64,000 nt of DNA, taken from NCBI GenBank assembly GCA_965223795.1, contig CBDCXL010000002.1:1220030-1284029 (forward strand), given 5' to 3'. Below the pieces are notes generated by a model that saw nothing but the letters and a program-made list of their open reading frames with translations, made no database searches and was not told where the DNA came from. The position numbers were made by a program, and so were the translations under genes. The stretch is from Nitrospinales bacterium (lineage in GTDB: Bacteria; Nitrospinota; Nitrospinia; Nitrospinales; VA-1). Positions within the stretch are counted from its first letter, which is position 1. Each line of letters begins with the position of its first letter. This document shows positions 44,096-56,487 of this stretch, one piece after another.

Positions 44096-45043
44096 TCAGC
44101 CTTTGAGGAACGCGTCGATCTCTTCGCAGGTTTTCTTCACATCCTGCGCAGAGATGTTCAGAGCCTCCATTTCCGCATCAGAGAGTTTGAGTTCGATGAT
44201 CTTTTCCATGCCGCCGATCCCCATCATCACGGGCACACCGAAGAAGATGCCGTCCCATCCGTACTCGCCTTCGAGATAGGCGGTGCAGGGCAGGATGCGT
44301 TTCTTGTCGTGCAGGATGGCTTCGATCATCTTCACGACCGAGGCGCCGGGCGCCATGAACGCGCTGCCTTTTTTCAGCAGCGCCACGATCTCGGCGCCGC
44401 CTTTGCGGGTGCGCTCGACCAGCCGTTCGATCTGTTGCTCGCTCATCAGCTCGGTGATGGGGATGCCGGAAACGGTGGTGTAACGCGGCATCGGCACCAT
44501 CGAGTCACCGTGGCCGCCGAGCACCATGGCATCGACGTCCACCAGCGAACAGTTCAGCTCCAGGGAAACGAAGGTGCGCAGCCGCGCGGAATCGAGCACA
44601 CCGGCCATGCCCACGATACTTTGCTTGGGCAGGCCGGAGACTTTTTTCGCGAGGTACACCATGGCGTCGAGGGGATTCGACACCACGATGATGATCGGAT
44701 CGGAGGAATATTTCATGACTTCCTCGGTCACCGACTTGACGATCTTGGCGTTGGTCGCCAGCAGGTCCTCGCGGCTCTGGCCGGGTTTTCTGGGAAGCCC
44801 GGCGGTGATGACGACGATGTCGGAATCGGCGGTGTCCTTGTAGTCGTTGGTGCCGACGATGATGCTGTCGAACACTTGCAAACAGCCGGATTCCTGAAGA
44901 TCGAGCGCCTTTCCCTGCGGCACGCCATCAATGATGTCCGTGAGCACGACGTTGCCCAGGTTTTTGTAAGCCACGAGCTGCGCCACGGTGGAGCCCACCT
45001 GCCCGGCGCCGATCACCGTGATTTTTTTCCGCGCGGAGTTCAT
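44096..45043 (-). CDS. mdh: Malate dehydrogenase (LDH-like type)
   Basis: 315 aa. ITVIGAGQVGS Rossmann fold, ITAGLPRKPGQSREDL (Arg specificity residue), VLGGHGDSMVP. Confidence 0.9.
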   Translation of the reverse strand: MNSARKKITVIGAGQVGSTVAQLVAYKNLGNVVLTDIIDGVPQGKALDLQESGCLQVFDSIIVGTNDYKDTADSDIVVITAGLPRKPGQSREDLLATNAKIVKSVTEEVMKYSSDPIIIVVSNPLDAMVYLAKKVSGLPKQSIVGMAGVLDSARLRTFVSLELNCSLVDVDAMVLGGHGDSMVPMPRYTTVSGIPITELMSEQQIERLVERTRKGGAEIVALLKKGSAFMAPGASVVKMIEAILHDKKRILPCTAYLEGEYGWDGIFFGVPVMMGIGGMEKIIELKLSDAEMEALNISAQDVKKTCEEIDAFLKG

Positions 45044-45102
45044 AACGTTCCCCTATGTCGTTTTCGAAGTCGAAGTGATGACGCCGCTTGCGCGGCATCC
45101 CC

Positions 45103-47346
<2,244 letters not shown>

Positions 47347-47560
47347 TCACCCCATTGAAAATGGCGCAGGAAACCCTGCTCAATTGACATATCAATTATT
47401 AATCGCCGGCTCCGGTCCCGTATCGGTCTACTGACTCGTTTGTGATGGCCGCCCGAAACGGTTGGATCCGCAAGAATTCTTTGGAAAGCACTTGAAAAAT
47501 AGAAGAATTTGGATTGGGGGGTAAACTAAATTATTCCTTCCCGTTTTGTCAAGCGATTTT

Positions 47561-47604
47561 GCTTCTCCGCCCCTTCGCGAAGCCGGAGAATGCGGTTTTT
47601 TTTT
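47561..47604 (+). terminator. Orphan terminator-like hairpin plus T9 run
   Basis: Stem TTCTCCG (47563-47569) / CGGAGAA (47584-47590) with an inner CTT/AAG extension, then TGCGG and T9 (47596-47604). No plus-strand gene lies upstream. Confidence 0.35.
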
Positions 47605-47893
47605 GCGTCCGGAAGCGGTTTCACACAATTTCGGGCGGACGAAATGCGCCAAAGTCCGCGCCGGAAAATCTACGGCATTGAAATGTAAAATTTTATCGAT
47701 TGCCGCGCGGTGGACCGGGGTGCTGTCGTCTTTGCTTTTTCCCGAACATTAAAAAATTTTCATGATTACAGCGGCGGCCCGTTCCAGTACCCCGGGAAGG
47801 GAATCGTGGACGGTCCGGAACGGTTTCCCGTGCTCTGGGGGATCAACTATAATAGAATCTCAGCCGTCTGTTTGCATTCTCTGTCACAGATCC

Positions 47894-50584
47894 ATGAACG
47901 ATTCGGTCACATCCTACAAATTCGGCATCAAGTTCGAGCCGGTGCGCCTGATCCCTGAGGATCCCCGGCAGCGCCTGCCCTATTTCAAGACGTTCAAGTC
48001 GCTCATCGCGCAGGAGAAGCTGAGGATCCAGGCCTGGCACCAGAGCGGCGTGGGCGGCCGCGAGGTCATCCAGGCGCACACGTCGCTGATCGACGAGGTC
48101 ATCCGGCACCTGATCGCGGCGCTGGCGGCCCTGCCGCGCTACCGGGGAGCGGCGGTTCTGGACTCCTTCGCGCTGGTGGCGGTGGGCGGCTACGGACGCG
48201 GGGAGCTGAACCCGTATTCCGACATCGACCTTTTGTTCCTCACGTCCCCGAAGATCAAAAAATCCACGGACGAATTCATTCAGGACCTCATCTCCATCTT
48301 CTGGGGCATCGGCATGGAGATCGGGCACAGCTGCCGCACCGTCAAGGAGTGCATCAAGCTGGCGCACGAGGACGTCACGATCAAGACGTCTCTCATCGAG
48401 ACGCGGTTTCTGACCGGCAAGCGGGAGAAATACGACCGGTTCTGCGATTCGTACGCGCGCAATGTGCTGAAAAAAAACATCCGTTCGTTCCTCGACTTCA
48501 AACAGGAGGAAAAGGTCCGGCGCTACGGCGAGACCGAGGAGATGGTGTGCGTTCAGGAGCCGAACGTGAAGGACGGTCCGGGCGGCCTTAGGGATTACCA
48601 CACGGCGATGTGGGCCGCCGCGGTGCGCTTCGGCTCGCTGTCGCTGCGCGAGATCGGCGAGAACGAGATGATCTCCGGCGGCGAGGTGGACGCGCTTTAC
48701 GAATCGGTGAACTTTCTTTTGCGGGTGCGCAACGAGCTGCATTACCAGGCGAAGAAAAAGCACGACGTGCTGACGCTGGACCTGCAGAAGCGGGTCGCCG
48801 CCAGCCTGGGATACCCTTCAGAGAACGAGACGGTGTGCGTGGAAAGCTTCATGCGGGATTATTTTCTGCACGCGACCAATATCCATAAGTTTTCCAAGAC
48901 GATCTTTGATCTATGCCGGCATTCGAAGCGCGGCCTGAAAACGGTGCTCTCCGCCTTCACGCAGAAACAGCTGGCGGACGGGTTCGTGGCCAAGGACGGG
49001 GCCCTGATTCTGGGACAGGACGCGGAGCGGTTTTTTTCCGCGGACCGCACGCAGCTGCTCAAGCTGTTCGACCTTTGCCGCGAACACGGGGTGGAACCGA
49101 ATTACCAGCTCAAGCGGCAGATCCGGCTCAACAAGCACCTGCTGGACGCGCAATTTCTGCGCGATCCCTGGGTGAAAACGTTCCTGTTCTCCATCCTCGA
49201 GAACCCGCAGTCGGTGAAAAGCCTGAGACTCATGCACGACACGGAGGTGCTGGGGCAGATCCTGCCGGAATTCGGACGGGTGCACTGCCGGGTCAGCTAC
49301 GATTTCTACCACCGCTTCACCGCCGATGAGCATTCGCTGCGCATGGTGTTTTTCCTGGAAGAGCTGGTGCAGGATACGGGCGAGCTGGGGCAGCTGTACA
49401 CGGAGCTGCCCGCGCAGGGGCTGTTGAAGCTCGCGGCGCTGCTGCAGTCGGTGGGCCGGCAGGAGGGCGCGCAGGCGTCGTCCGACCGCACCGCGCTCAA
49501 AACGGTTGCCGAACGGTTGAAGCTGGAAAGCGGGGAGCTGGAAACGCTTGAGTTCCTGGTGCAGCAGCAAAGCGCGATGGTGGAGGCGGCGCTCTATCAG
49601 GACATCCGCCAGCCTGCCACGGTGCGTGACTTTGCCGGCAGGACGGGGACGCGGGAGCGGCTCGACCTGCTCTATCTCATCACCTACGCGGACCTGCGCG
49701 CGGTCGCTCCGGGAACCTGGACCTCCTGGAAGAAAGTGCTGCTTTCGGAGTTGTATCACCGCACCGCCGATTATCTGGAACGGCCGGAATCGCTCAAGGA
49801 AATCCCGCAGGCGACGCGGGAGGAGGTGTACAAGGCGCTCAACTGGGAATTCACCGCCGCCGAGATCGAAACGCATCTGAACCAGCTGCCCAAGGATTAC
49901 CTGATCGCCTCGCAGCCGCAGGAGGTGGCGCTGCACCTGAGGCTCATCCGCTCGCTCCGAAACCGCACGTTCATTCTGCACCATCAGTTCAATGAAGGCG
50001 GCGATTACCACAACCTGACTTTGTGCTGCATGGCGAAGCTCGAGGCGTTCAAGAAACTGGTGGGCACGGTGACCTCGAAGAACCTCAACATCCTGGGTGC
50101 GCAGATTTATCTGAAAAAGGACGGCATCGTCATCCTGTCCATCCAGGTGGCGACGCCGAAAAACTCGCTGCCGCACGACATCAAGATCTGGAAGGAGGTC
50201 AAGGAAACGCTGGAGGAGGTGCTCAAGGAGCGCATCACGCTGCCGGCGCTGTTGGCTTCCCGCACGCGCTATGTCAAGCCGCGCCCGGCGTCGCATGCGA
50301 TCGTGCCGAAGATCCGCATCGAGAACGCGGCCAGCCAGCCGTACACGCTGCTGCGCATCGAGGCGCGCGATCACCTGGGCATGCTCTACAAGATCGCCAA
50401 GGTGATCGCGGATTTCGGCATTCAGATCCACCGCGCCAAAATCGCCACTCAGGGGGACCGGGGCATCGACGTGTTCTTCATCTCGCTGAAAAACAAAAAA
50501 CTGGTGTTTCCCAAGCTGATCCGCAGGATCAAGGAACGGCTGGTGCACGTCCTGCTGATGGAGAAGGTGGAAGAGATCGACTGA
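47894..50584 (+). CDS. glnD: [Protein-PII] uridylyltransferase/uridylyl-removing enzyme
   Basis: ORF 47762..50584 trimmed to ATG 47894. Nucleotidyltransferase GGYGRGELNPYSDIDLLFL, HD region (HRFTADEHSL) and two C-terminal ACT-like domains. Confidence 0.85.
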   Translation: MNDSVTSYKFGIKFEPVRLIPEDPRQRLPYFKTFKSLIAQEKLRIQAWHQSGVGGREVIQAHTSLIDEVIRHLIAALAALPRYRGAAVLDSFALVAVGGYGRGELNPYSDIDLLFLTSPKIKKSTDEFIQDLISIFWGIGMEIGHSCRTVKECIKLAHEDVTIKTSLIETRFLTGKREKYDRFCDSYARNVLKKNIRSFLDFKQEEKVRRYGETEEMVCVQEPNVKDGPGGLRDYHTAMWAAAVRFGSLSLREIGENEMISGGEVDALYESVNFLLRVRNELHYQAKKKHDVLTLDLQKRVAASLGYPSENETVCVESFMRDYFLHATNIHKFSKTIFDLCRHSKRGLKTVLSAFTQKQLADGFVAKDGALILGQDAERFFSADRTQLLKLFDLCREHGVEPNYQLKRQIRLNKHLLDAQFLRDPWVKTFLFSILENPQSVKSLRLMHDTEVLGQILPEFGRVHCRVSYDFYHRFTADEHSLRMVFFLEELVQDTGELGQLYTELPAQGLLKLAALLQSVGRQEGAQASSDRTALKTVAERLKLESGELETLEFLVQQQSAMVEAALYQDIRQPATVRDFAGRTGTRERLDLLYLITYADLRAVAPGTWTSWKKVLLSELYHRTADYLERPESLKEIPQATREEVYKALNWEFTAAEIETHLNQLPKDYLIASQPQEVALHLRLIRSLRNRTFILHHQFNEGGDYHNLTLCCMAKLEAFKKLVGTVTSKNLNILGAQIYLKKDGIVILSIQVATPKNSLPHDIKIWKEVKETLEEVLKERITLPALLASRTRYVKPRPASHAIVPKIRIENAASQPYTLLRIEARDHLGMLYKIAKVIADFGIQIHRAKIATQGDRGIDVFFISLKNKKLVFPKLIRRIKERLVHVLLMEKVEEID

Positions 50585-50639
50585 CCGTTTGCGGCGCGGA
50601 TGTGCACCGGCGCCGTGTCCGCAACCAACTTGAAGGGGT

Positions 50640-51005
50640 TTGAATCGTATGCTGCCTTTTCTTCTGGCGGGTTGGCTCGTGCTGCCGCACGGCTGGCTCG
50701 CGGCCAACCACAACGCCACGCCGCAATCGGCGCTGGGCGAGCAGACCTACCGCGACCGCTGCCTGGTGTGTCACGGCGCTCAGGGGAGCGGCAATGCGTT
50801 TGTCGCCACGGTGCTCGATCCGCCGCCGAAAAACTTCACCTCCGCCGAGTCCAAACGGGAACTGACGCGCGAACGGATGATCCGCTCGGCCACGGAAGGG
50901 CGGCCGGGCACGGCGATGATGCCCTGGAAGGACGTGCTCTCGCCGGAAGAGATCGACGCGGTGGTCGGCTACATCCGCACGCGGCTCATGGGTCTCTCCT
51001 CCTGA
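50640..51005 (+). CDS. Class I c-type cytochrome
   Basis: Signal peptide, haem motif CLVCHG, distal Met region GTAMMPW. Start is TTG 50640 or ATG 50649. Confidence 0.8.
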   Translation: MNRMLPFLLAGWLVLPHGWLAANHNATPQSALGEQTYRDRCLVCHGAQGSGNAFVATVLDPPPKNFTSAESKRELTRERMIRSATEGRPGTAMMPWKDVLSPEEIDAVVGYIRTRLMGLSS

Positions 51006-51008
51006 CCG

Positions 51009-51190
51009 CTGCGCGCGGGGCGGAATTGCTCACGCCGTGCCATGCTTCCTGGTTGGGCGCGCACTCTTAAGCACAGTCCATCCCTGCGCGCGGGGCGGAA
51101 TTGCTCACGCCGTGCCATGCTTCCTGGTCGGGCGCGCACTCTTAAGCACAGTCCATTCCTGCGTGCGGGACGTGTTTGCTCACGCCGCTC
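51009..51190. repeat. 75-bp tandem repeat, 2 near-identical copies plus a decayed third
   Basis: Units start at 51009, 51084 and 51159. Units 1 and 2 differ at 2 of 75 positions. Unit 3 matches only the first ~29 nt. Each unit contains TGCGCGC...GCGCGCA inverted ends. Confidence 0.85.
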
Positions 51191-51287
51191 CTCCGCGGAG
51201 GGCGTGCGTGCTCACGACGGGCAACACCGCCCGGTTCAACGCGAATTTCTCGGCCTTCCCCTGTCCTCCGCAGTGAGCCACGCGTTT

Positions 51288-51596
51288 TTATTTTTTCATG
51301 GTTTTTCCAAGCTTGTTTTCGATGGAAGCCATTTTGGATTCCAATCTCCCGCTCTTGCCTTTGCGATAGTCGATTTTGATCGAACAGGTGATGCGGCCGC
51401 AGTCGGCCTGCATGGTGTCGAAGCAGGTCTTGACCACCTGCATGACCTCGTCCCACTCTCCTTCGAGGACGGTGCCCATCGGGTTCAGGCGGTAGTCGAC
51501 GCCGCTTTCGTCGATGATTTTCAGGGAGCGGCTGACGTAGTCGCTGACGCTTTCCCCCTTGTCCAGGGGGGTCATGCTGAATTCCAGAAGTACCAT
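51288..51596 (-). CDS. MTH1187/YkoF (UPF0045) family thiamine-binding-like protein
   Basis: 102 aa. LEFSMTPLDKGESVSDYV...L..SG..Y.L.PMGT.LEGEWDEV pattern is typical of the family. Confidence 0.75.
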   Translation of the reverse strand: MVLLEFSMTPLDKGESVSDYVSRSLKIIDESGVDYRLNPMGTVLEGEWDEVMQVVKTCFDTMQADCGRITCSIKIDYRKGKSGRLESKMASIENKLGKTMKK

Positions 51597-51719
51597 GTTT
51601 TGAATTCCTTATAAAAAAATTTGCTTGCATTTTAGTGGCCAATTGTGAAATGATCAACACTTCCCATTCGAGATCCTAGCAGGATTTTCGAACATCCCAA
51701 GAGAAGGCGGTATGATGCT

Positions 51720-52802
51720 TTGCCCAAAATTTCCGATTTACGCGACAAGATAGACAAGATCGACGATCAGCTGCTCAAGCTGATCAACCGGCGGGCCGCT
51801 CTGGCGATCCAGATCGGCAAGGAAAAACACAAGAAAAACAGCTCCAATCATTTCCACGTTCCTCACCGGGAGCGGGAAATCATCGAACGGCTGAAAACCA
51901 GCAACCCCGGACCCTTTCCCAACGATTCGGTCGAATCGGTGTTCCGGGAAGTGTTTTCCGCCACCCTCGCGCTCGAAAAACCCCTGAATATCGGCTTTCT
52001 CGGCCCCACGACCACGTTCAGCCACCAGGCGGCGCTCAAGCAGTTCGGCCATTCCACGATCCTCACGCCTCTCGGCAGCATCGAGGCCATTTTCAAGGAA
52101 GTGGAACGGGGCAACTGCCATTACGGCATCGTGCCGGTGGAAAATTCCACTGAGGGCGTCATCAACCTCACTCTCGATTGCTTCGTCGATTCGAAGCTTC
52201 TGGTGTGCGACGAGCTGAAGCTGCCGATCGCGCTGTACCTGCTTTCCACCGTCGAAAACCTCAAAGAGATCAAGACCATCTACTCCCACCCGCAGCCGCT
52301 GGCGCAGTGTAGGGGCTGGATCAACCAGAACCTGTCCTGGGCGGACACGGTTCCCGCCTCCAGCACCGCCAATGCCGCGGAACGCGCTAAGCAGGACACT
52401 CAGTCGGCGGCGGTCGCGGGCCCGCTCGCGGCGGAAGTGTACGGTCTCCACGTTCTGTCGGAAAACATCCAGGACCGGCGCGACAATTTCACGCGTTTCT
52501 GGGTGATCGGCAAGGAAGAGGCGAAAAAAGCCCGCAAGAATAAAACTTCGATCATGTTCTCCATCAAGGACGAGGCGGGTTCGCTGCTCAAGGCGCTGCG
52601 GCTGTTCGCCCGGCACGAAATCAACCTGACCAAGATTCAGTCACGGCCGCTGCGCAACCGGGCCTGGGAATACCTGTTCTTTGTCGATTTCGACGGCCAC
52701 GTCGAAGAGGAAAAGGTGCAGAAGGTGCTCACGAATCTGGGCAGGCAGTGTTTATTCTTGAGAGTCATGGGCTCTTATCCGAAAGCGGGGACCCGCACAT
52801 GA
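51720..52802 (+). CDS. pheA: Bifunctional chorismate mutase / prephenate dehydratase (P-protein)
   Basis: 360 aa, TTG start. CM helix (LRDKIDKIDDQLLKLINRRA), PDT domain (FLGPTTTFSHQAA) and ACT domain with the SRP motif (IQSRPLRN). Confidence 0.9.
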   Translation: MPKISDLRDKIDKIDDQLLKLINRRAALAIQIGKEKHKKNSSNHFHVPHREREIIERLKTSNPGPFPNDSVESVFREVFSATLALEKPLNIGFLGPTTTFSHQAALKQFGHSTILTPLGSIEAIFKEVERGNCHYGIVPVENSTEGVINLTLDCFVDSKLLVCDELKLPIALYLLSTVENLKEIKTIYSHPQPLAQCRGWINQNLSWADTVPASSTANAAERAKQDTQSAAVAGPLAAEVYGLHVLSENIQDRRDNFTRFWVIGKEEAKKARKNKTSIMFSIKDEAGSLLKALRLFARHEINLTKIQSRPLRNRAWEYLFFVDFDGHVEEEKVQKVLTNLGRQCLFLRVMGSYPKAGTRT

Positions 52803-53662
52803 AACTTTTCAATCAATTGACCATCGTGGGCGTGGGTCTTCTCGGCGCGTCGCTGGCTCAGGCTTTGAAGCAAAAAGGCCTGGCCGGAAACATCGTCGGC
52901 TGCGGCCGCAACCTCGACAACCTCAAGCAGGCGCAGTCGCTCAAGATGATCGACGCGTACGCGCAGGACCCGGCCGAGGCGGTGAAAGGTTCGGACGGCG
53001 TCGTGCTGTGTTCTCCGGTGGGCGCGATGCAGCCTCTGGTGGAGACGATGCGGCCGCACCTGGAAGCCGGCTGCCTGGTGACCGATGTGGGTTCGGTGAA
53101 ACGCTCGGTGGTGCAGGAGATCGAACCGATGATGCCGGATGCGGTCGATTTCATCGGTTCGCATCCGATCGCGGGCGGCGAAAAATCGGGGCTCAAGGCA
53201 GCGAAAGCGCGGCTGTATGAAGGCGCGCATTGCATCGTCACGCCGACGCCGCGGTCCAGGCCGGAAGCGCTGACGAAAACCCGGACTCTCTGGGAACAGT
53301 TGGGGATGCGGGTGGTGACGATGGATGTGGAGGAACACGATTTCATTTTCGGCGCGGTCAGCCACCTGCCCCACATCGTCGCGTTTGTGCTGATGAACAC
53401 CATCGGCGGCCTCTCGACGGACAACCACAGTGAGATCACTTCCTTTTCCGGCAAGGGACTGAAAGACATCACGCGCATCGCGGGCAGCGACCCGGTGATG
53501 TGGCGCGACATCTGCGTCGCCAACAAACTGCCGGTGCTCAACCTGATCGACGATTTTCAGGAAGCGCTGCTCAAGGTGCGGCACTGGATCGATCAGGAGG
53601 ACGGGGTCGCTTTGCAGGAATCGTTCGCGAGCGCCAACCGTTACCGCCTGAATTTGACATGA
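52799..53662 (+). CDS. tyrA: Prephenate dehydrogenase
   Basis: Trimmed to ATG 52799, which overlaps the pheA stop (ATGA). Rossmann IVGVGLLGASLA. GSHPIAG motif. Confidence 0.85.
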   Translation: MKLFNQLTIVGVGLLGASLAQALKQKGLAGNIVGCGRNLDNLKQAQSLKMIDAYAQDPAEAVKGSDGVVLCSPVGAMQPLVETMRPHLEAGCLVTDVGSVKRSVVQEIEPMMPDAVDFIGSHPIAGGEKSGLKAAKARLYEGAHCIVTPTPRSRPEALTKTRTLWEQLGMRVVTMDVEEHDFIFGAVSHLPHIVAFVLMNTIGGLSTDNHSEITSFSGKGLKDITRIAGSDPVMWRDICVANKLPVLNLIDDFQEALLKVRHWIDQEDGVALQESFASANRYRLNLT

Positions 53663-53735
53663 TGGATTCGGGGGCGGCGCGGAACTTTATGTGTGCGGAA
53701 ACACGGAAACCGTCCGGGTCCGGCATGAAGGTTTG

Positions 53736-54392
53736 ATGATTATCGCGATCGACGGTCCCGCGGGAAGCGGGAAGAGTTCCGTGGCCAAGCTGCTTGCGAG
53801 AAAGCTCAACTTCCGCCACATCGACACGGGGTCGATGTACCGGGCGGTGGCGTGGAAATCGCTGGCGGCTGGGGTCGATCTTGCCGACGAAGCGGCGGTG
53901 GTTCAGATCGCCCGGAACATGGACATCGAGCTGGTTCCGCATGTGGACGGCCAGCGCGTGCAGGTGGACGGCGAAGACGTGACGGCGCACCTGTACAACG
54001 AGGATGTGGGACGCGGGGCGGCGGCGGTGGCCAGCCTTAAGCGGGTGCGGGAAATGCTGGTGGCCAAGCAGCGGGACATCGGCCGGCACGGTTCGGTGGT
54101 GATGGACGGGCGGGACATCGGCACGGTGGTCTTTCCCGATGCGCAGAAAAAGTTCTTTCTGGAAGCCTCTCCCGAGGAACGGGGGCGGCGGCGCTACCAA
54201 GAGTTGAAAGAGCAGGGGAAACACGTCGATCTGGAATCGATCGTCGAGCAGGTGCGGCAGCGGGATCACGAAGACCGCAACCGCAAGGTCTCTCCGCTGG
54301 TGCGTGCTCAGGATGCGTTCGAGCTGGACACCACGAAGATGCAGCTCGATGAGGTGGTCGACGCGCTGCTGGAAAGGATCGCAAAAACATGA
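53736..54392 (+). CDS. cmk: Cytidylate kinase
   Basis: Trimmed to ATG 53736 (MIIAIDGPAGSGKSS P-loop). IDTGSMYRAV motif. Classical position upstream of rpsA. Confidence 0.9.
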   Translation: MIIAIDGPAGSGKSSVAKLLARKLNFRHIDTGSMYRAVAWKSLAAGVDLADEAAVVQIARNMDIELVPHVDGQRVQVDGEDVTAHLYNEDVGRGAAAVASLKRVREMLVAKQRDIGRHGSVVMDGRDIGTVVFPDAQKKFFLEASPEERGRRRYQELKEQGKHVDLESIVEQVRQRDHEDRNRKVSPLVRAQDAFELDTTKMQLDEVVDALLERIAKT

Positions 54393-54509
54393 AGGCTAAA
54401 GGCGCCGCGCGGGTTTTACCGGCACGGCGGCCGGGACCGGCCAGGAACACAATAAAATCCAACGGGGCGCTGCCCCATTTTATCAACAGAAAGTGAGACG
54501 ACTGGAATC

Positions 54510-56219
54510 ATGAAAAAGCAAGCGGACGTAATTGCCCAGATGGAATTGGACGACCTTGAGGAAAAGGAGGAATTGTCTCCTGAAGATCAGGCGGCCATGG
54601 AGGAGATGGAAGCCTATTTCAAGGAGAGTCTGGGCCAGTTCAAGGAAGGGCAGATCATCAACGGCAAGGTGATCAGCATGTCCAAGGACACGGTGATCAT
54701 CGATGTGGGCTTCAAGTCCGAAGGCATCATCTCGCTGTCGGAGTTTCCCGATCACGGCAAGAACCTGTCCATGGGCGACGAGATCGAGGTGTACCTGGAG
54801 CGCGTCGAGGACAACGACGGCAACGTGGTTCTCTCGAAGGAAAAGGCGAACAAGATCAAGATCTGGGACGAGCTGGTCAAGACCTACGAGGCGGACGAGA
54901 CCATCGAAGGCGTGGTGGTGGCCAAGGCCAAGGGCGGCCTGACGGTGGACATCGGCCTCAAGGCGTTTCTGCCCGGTTCGCAGATCGATCTGCGCCCGAT
55001 GCGCAACCTGGAAAAGCTGATGGGCGAGAAGTTCAAGATGAAGATCATCAAGATGAACAAGAAGCGCGGCAACATCGTGCTGTCCCGCCGCATCCTGCTG
55101 GAAGAGCAGCGCAAGCAGCTGCGCGAAGGCACGCTCGAGCAGATGAAGGAAGGCAACCTGATCGAGGGCATCGTCAAGAACATCACCGAATACGGCGTGT
55201 TCATCGACCTGGGCGGCATGGACGGCCTGCTGCACATCACCGACATGTCCTGGGGGCGGGTGAACCATCCCTCGGAAATGTTCTCCATCGGCGACAAGGT
55301 CAAGGTGATGGTGCTCAAGTACGACAAGGAAAAGGAACGCGTTTCCCTCGGGCTCAAACAGATCACGCCCGATCCGTGGGTGGAGGTGGATCAGAAATTT
55401 CCGGTCGACACGCGCATCAAGGGCAAGGTGGTCAGCATCACCGATTACGGCGTGTTCGTGGAACTGGAAAAGGGCATCGAAGGGCTGGTGCACATTTCGG
55501 AGATGAGCTGGAGCCGGCATGTGAAGCACCCGAGCAAGGTGGTGTCGATCGGCGACGAGGTCGAAGCGGTGGTCCTGACGCTGGACAAGGACCGCAAGCG
55601 CATCTCCCTGGGCATGAAGCAGATCGAACCGAATCCGTGGGAGAGCATCGACGAAAAATACCCGATCGGTTCGGAAGTGTCGGGCATGGTGCGCAACCTC
55701 ACGGATTTCGGCGCCTTCGTGGAACTGGAAGACGGGGTGGACGGACTGATCCACATCTCCGACCTGAGCTGGAAAAAGATCAAGCATCCTTCGGAAATGT
55801 TGAAAAAGAAAGACAAGGTCAAATCGGTGGTGCTCAGCATCGACAAGGAAAACTGCCGCATCTCGCTGGGCGTCAAGCAGCTGGAGCCGGACCCCTGGGA
55901 CGACATCGCGAAAAATTACCCGGTGGGCACGGAAGTCAGCGGAACCATCATCAAAGTGACGAGTTTCGGCGCGTTCGCCGAGTTCGGCGACGGGCTGGAA
56001 GGGCTGATCCATGTGTCGCAGCTCAGTTCCCAGAAAGTCAGCCATCCGGACCAGGTGGTCAAGGTGGACGACGAGATCAAGGCCAAGGTGATCAAGGTGG
56101 ACACCTCCAGCAAAAAGATCGCGCTCAGCATCAAGGCGTACGAGGAGAACCTCGACATTCCGGCCATCGAGCAGGAGCAGGCGCAGATCGAAAGCATGAA
56201 AGAAGAGGACAACCACTGA
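54510..56219 (+). CDS. rpsA: 30S ribosomal protein S1
   Basis: 569 aa with six S1 domains (repeated G..V.G.V..I..FGAFV.L..G.EGL.H.S). Confidence 0.95.
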   Translation: MKKQADVIAQMELDDLEEKEELSPEDQAAMEEMEAYFKESLGQFKEGQIINGKVISMSKDTVIIDVGFKSEGIISLSEFPDHGKNLSMGDEIEVYLERVEDNDGNVVLSKEKANKIKIWDELVKTYEADETIEGVVVAKAKGGLTVDIGLKAFLPGSQIDLRPMRNLEKLMGEKFKMKIIKMNKKRGNIVLSRRILLEEQRKQLREGTLEQMKEGNLIEGIVKNITEYGVFIDLGGMDGLLHITDMSWGRVNHPSEMFSIGDKVKVMVLKYDKEKERVSLGLKQITPDPWVEVDQKFPVDTRIKGKVVSITDYGVFVELEKGIEGLVHISEMSWSRHVKHPSKVVSIGDEVEAVVLTLDKDRKRISLGMKQIEPNPWESIDEKYPIGSEVSGMVRNLTDFGAFVELEDGVDGLIHISDLSWKKIKHPSEMLKKKDKVKSVVLSIDKENCRISLGVKQLEPDPWDDIAKNYPVGTEVSGTIIKVTSFGAFAEFGDGLEGLIHVSQLSSQKVSHPDQVVKVDDEIKAKVIKVDTSSKKIALSIKAYEENLDIPAIEQEQAQIESMKEEDNH

Positions 56220-56283
56220 GTGTCTCCCGGCCGCGGCGGAATTTTCCCGCCTGGGCCCGGCTAGCAAACCTGTTTCACCGGAC

Positions 56284-56315
56284 GGCGGCTCGTAGATGAG
56301 CCGCCGTTTCTTTTT
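56284..56315 (+). terminator. Rho-independent terminator after rpsA
   Basis: Perfect 8-bp stem GGCGGCTC / GAGCCGCC, 6-nt loop, followed by GTTTCTTTTT. Confidence 0.8.
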
Positions 56316-56487
56316 GCCCGCGTTTTTCGATCCTGGCTGCATCCATCCCGGCGCCACCTCCTCCCTTCACCGTGCCGCACGGAGCGTCCTTTTTCGAACG
56401 GCCTCCACATCGGGATACCTTTTGCTTTGTCATTAAAAATTCTGTATATACAATGCTGATCGGTTTGAATCTTTCTGGTGCGACCGC

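Noticed and set aside
51037-51276. 79-aa and 190-aa ORFs (51037..51276, 51042..51614) as coding genes
   Set aside because: They merely translate the 75-bp tandem repeat (repeated PCFLVGRALLSTVH). They start at GTG without an SD, and the longer one runs antisense through the MTH1187-like gene.
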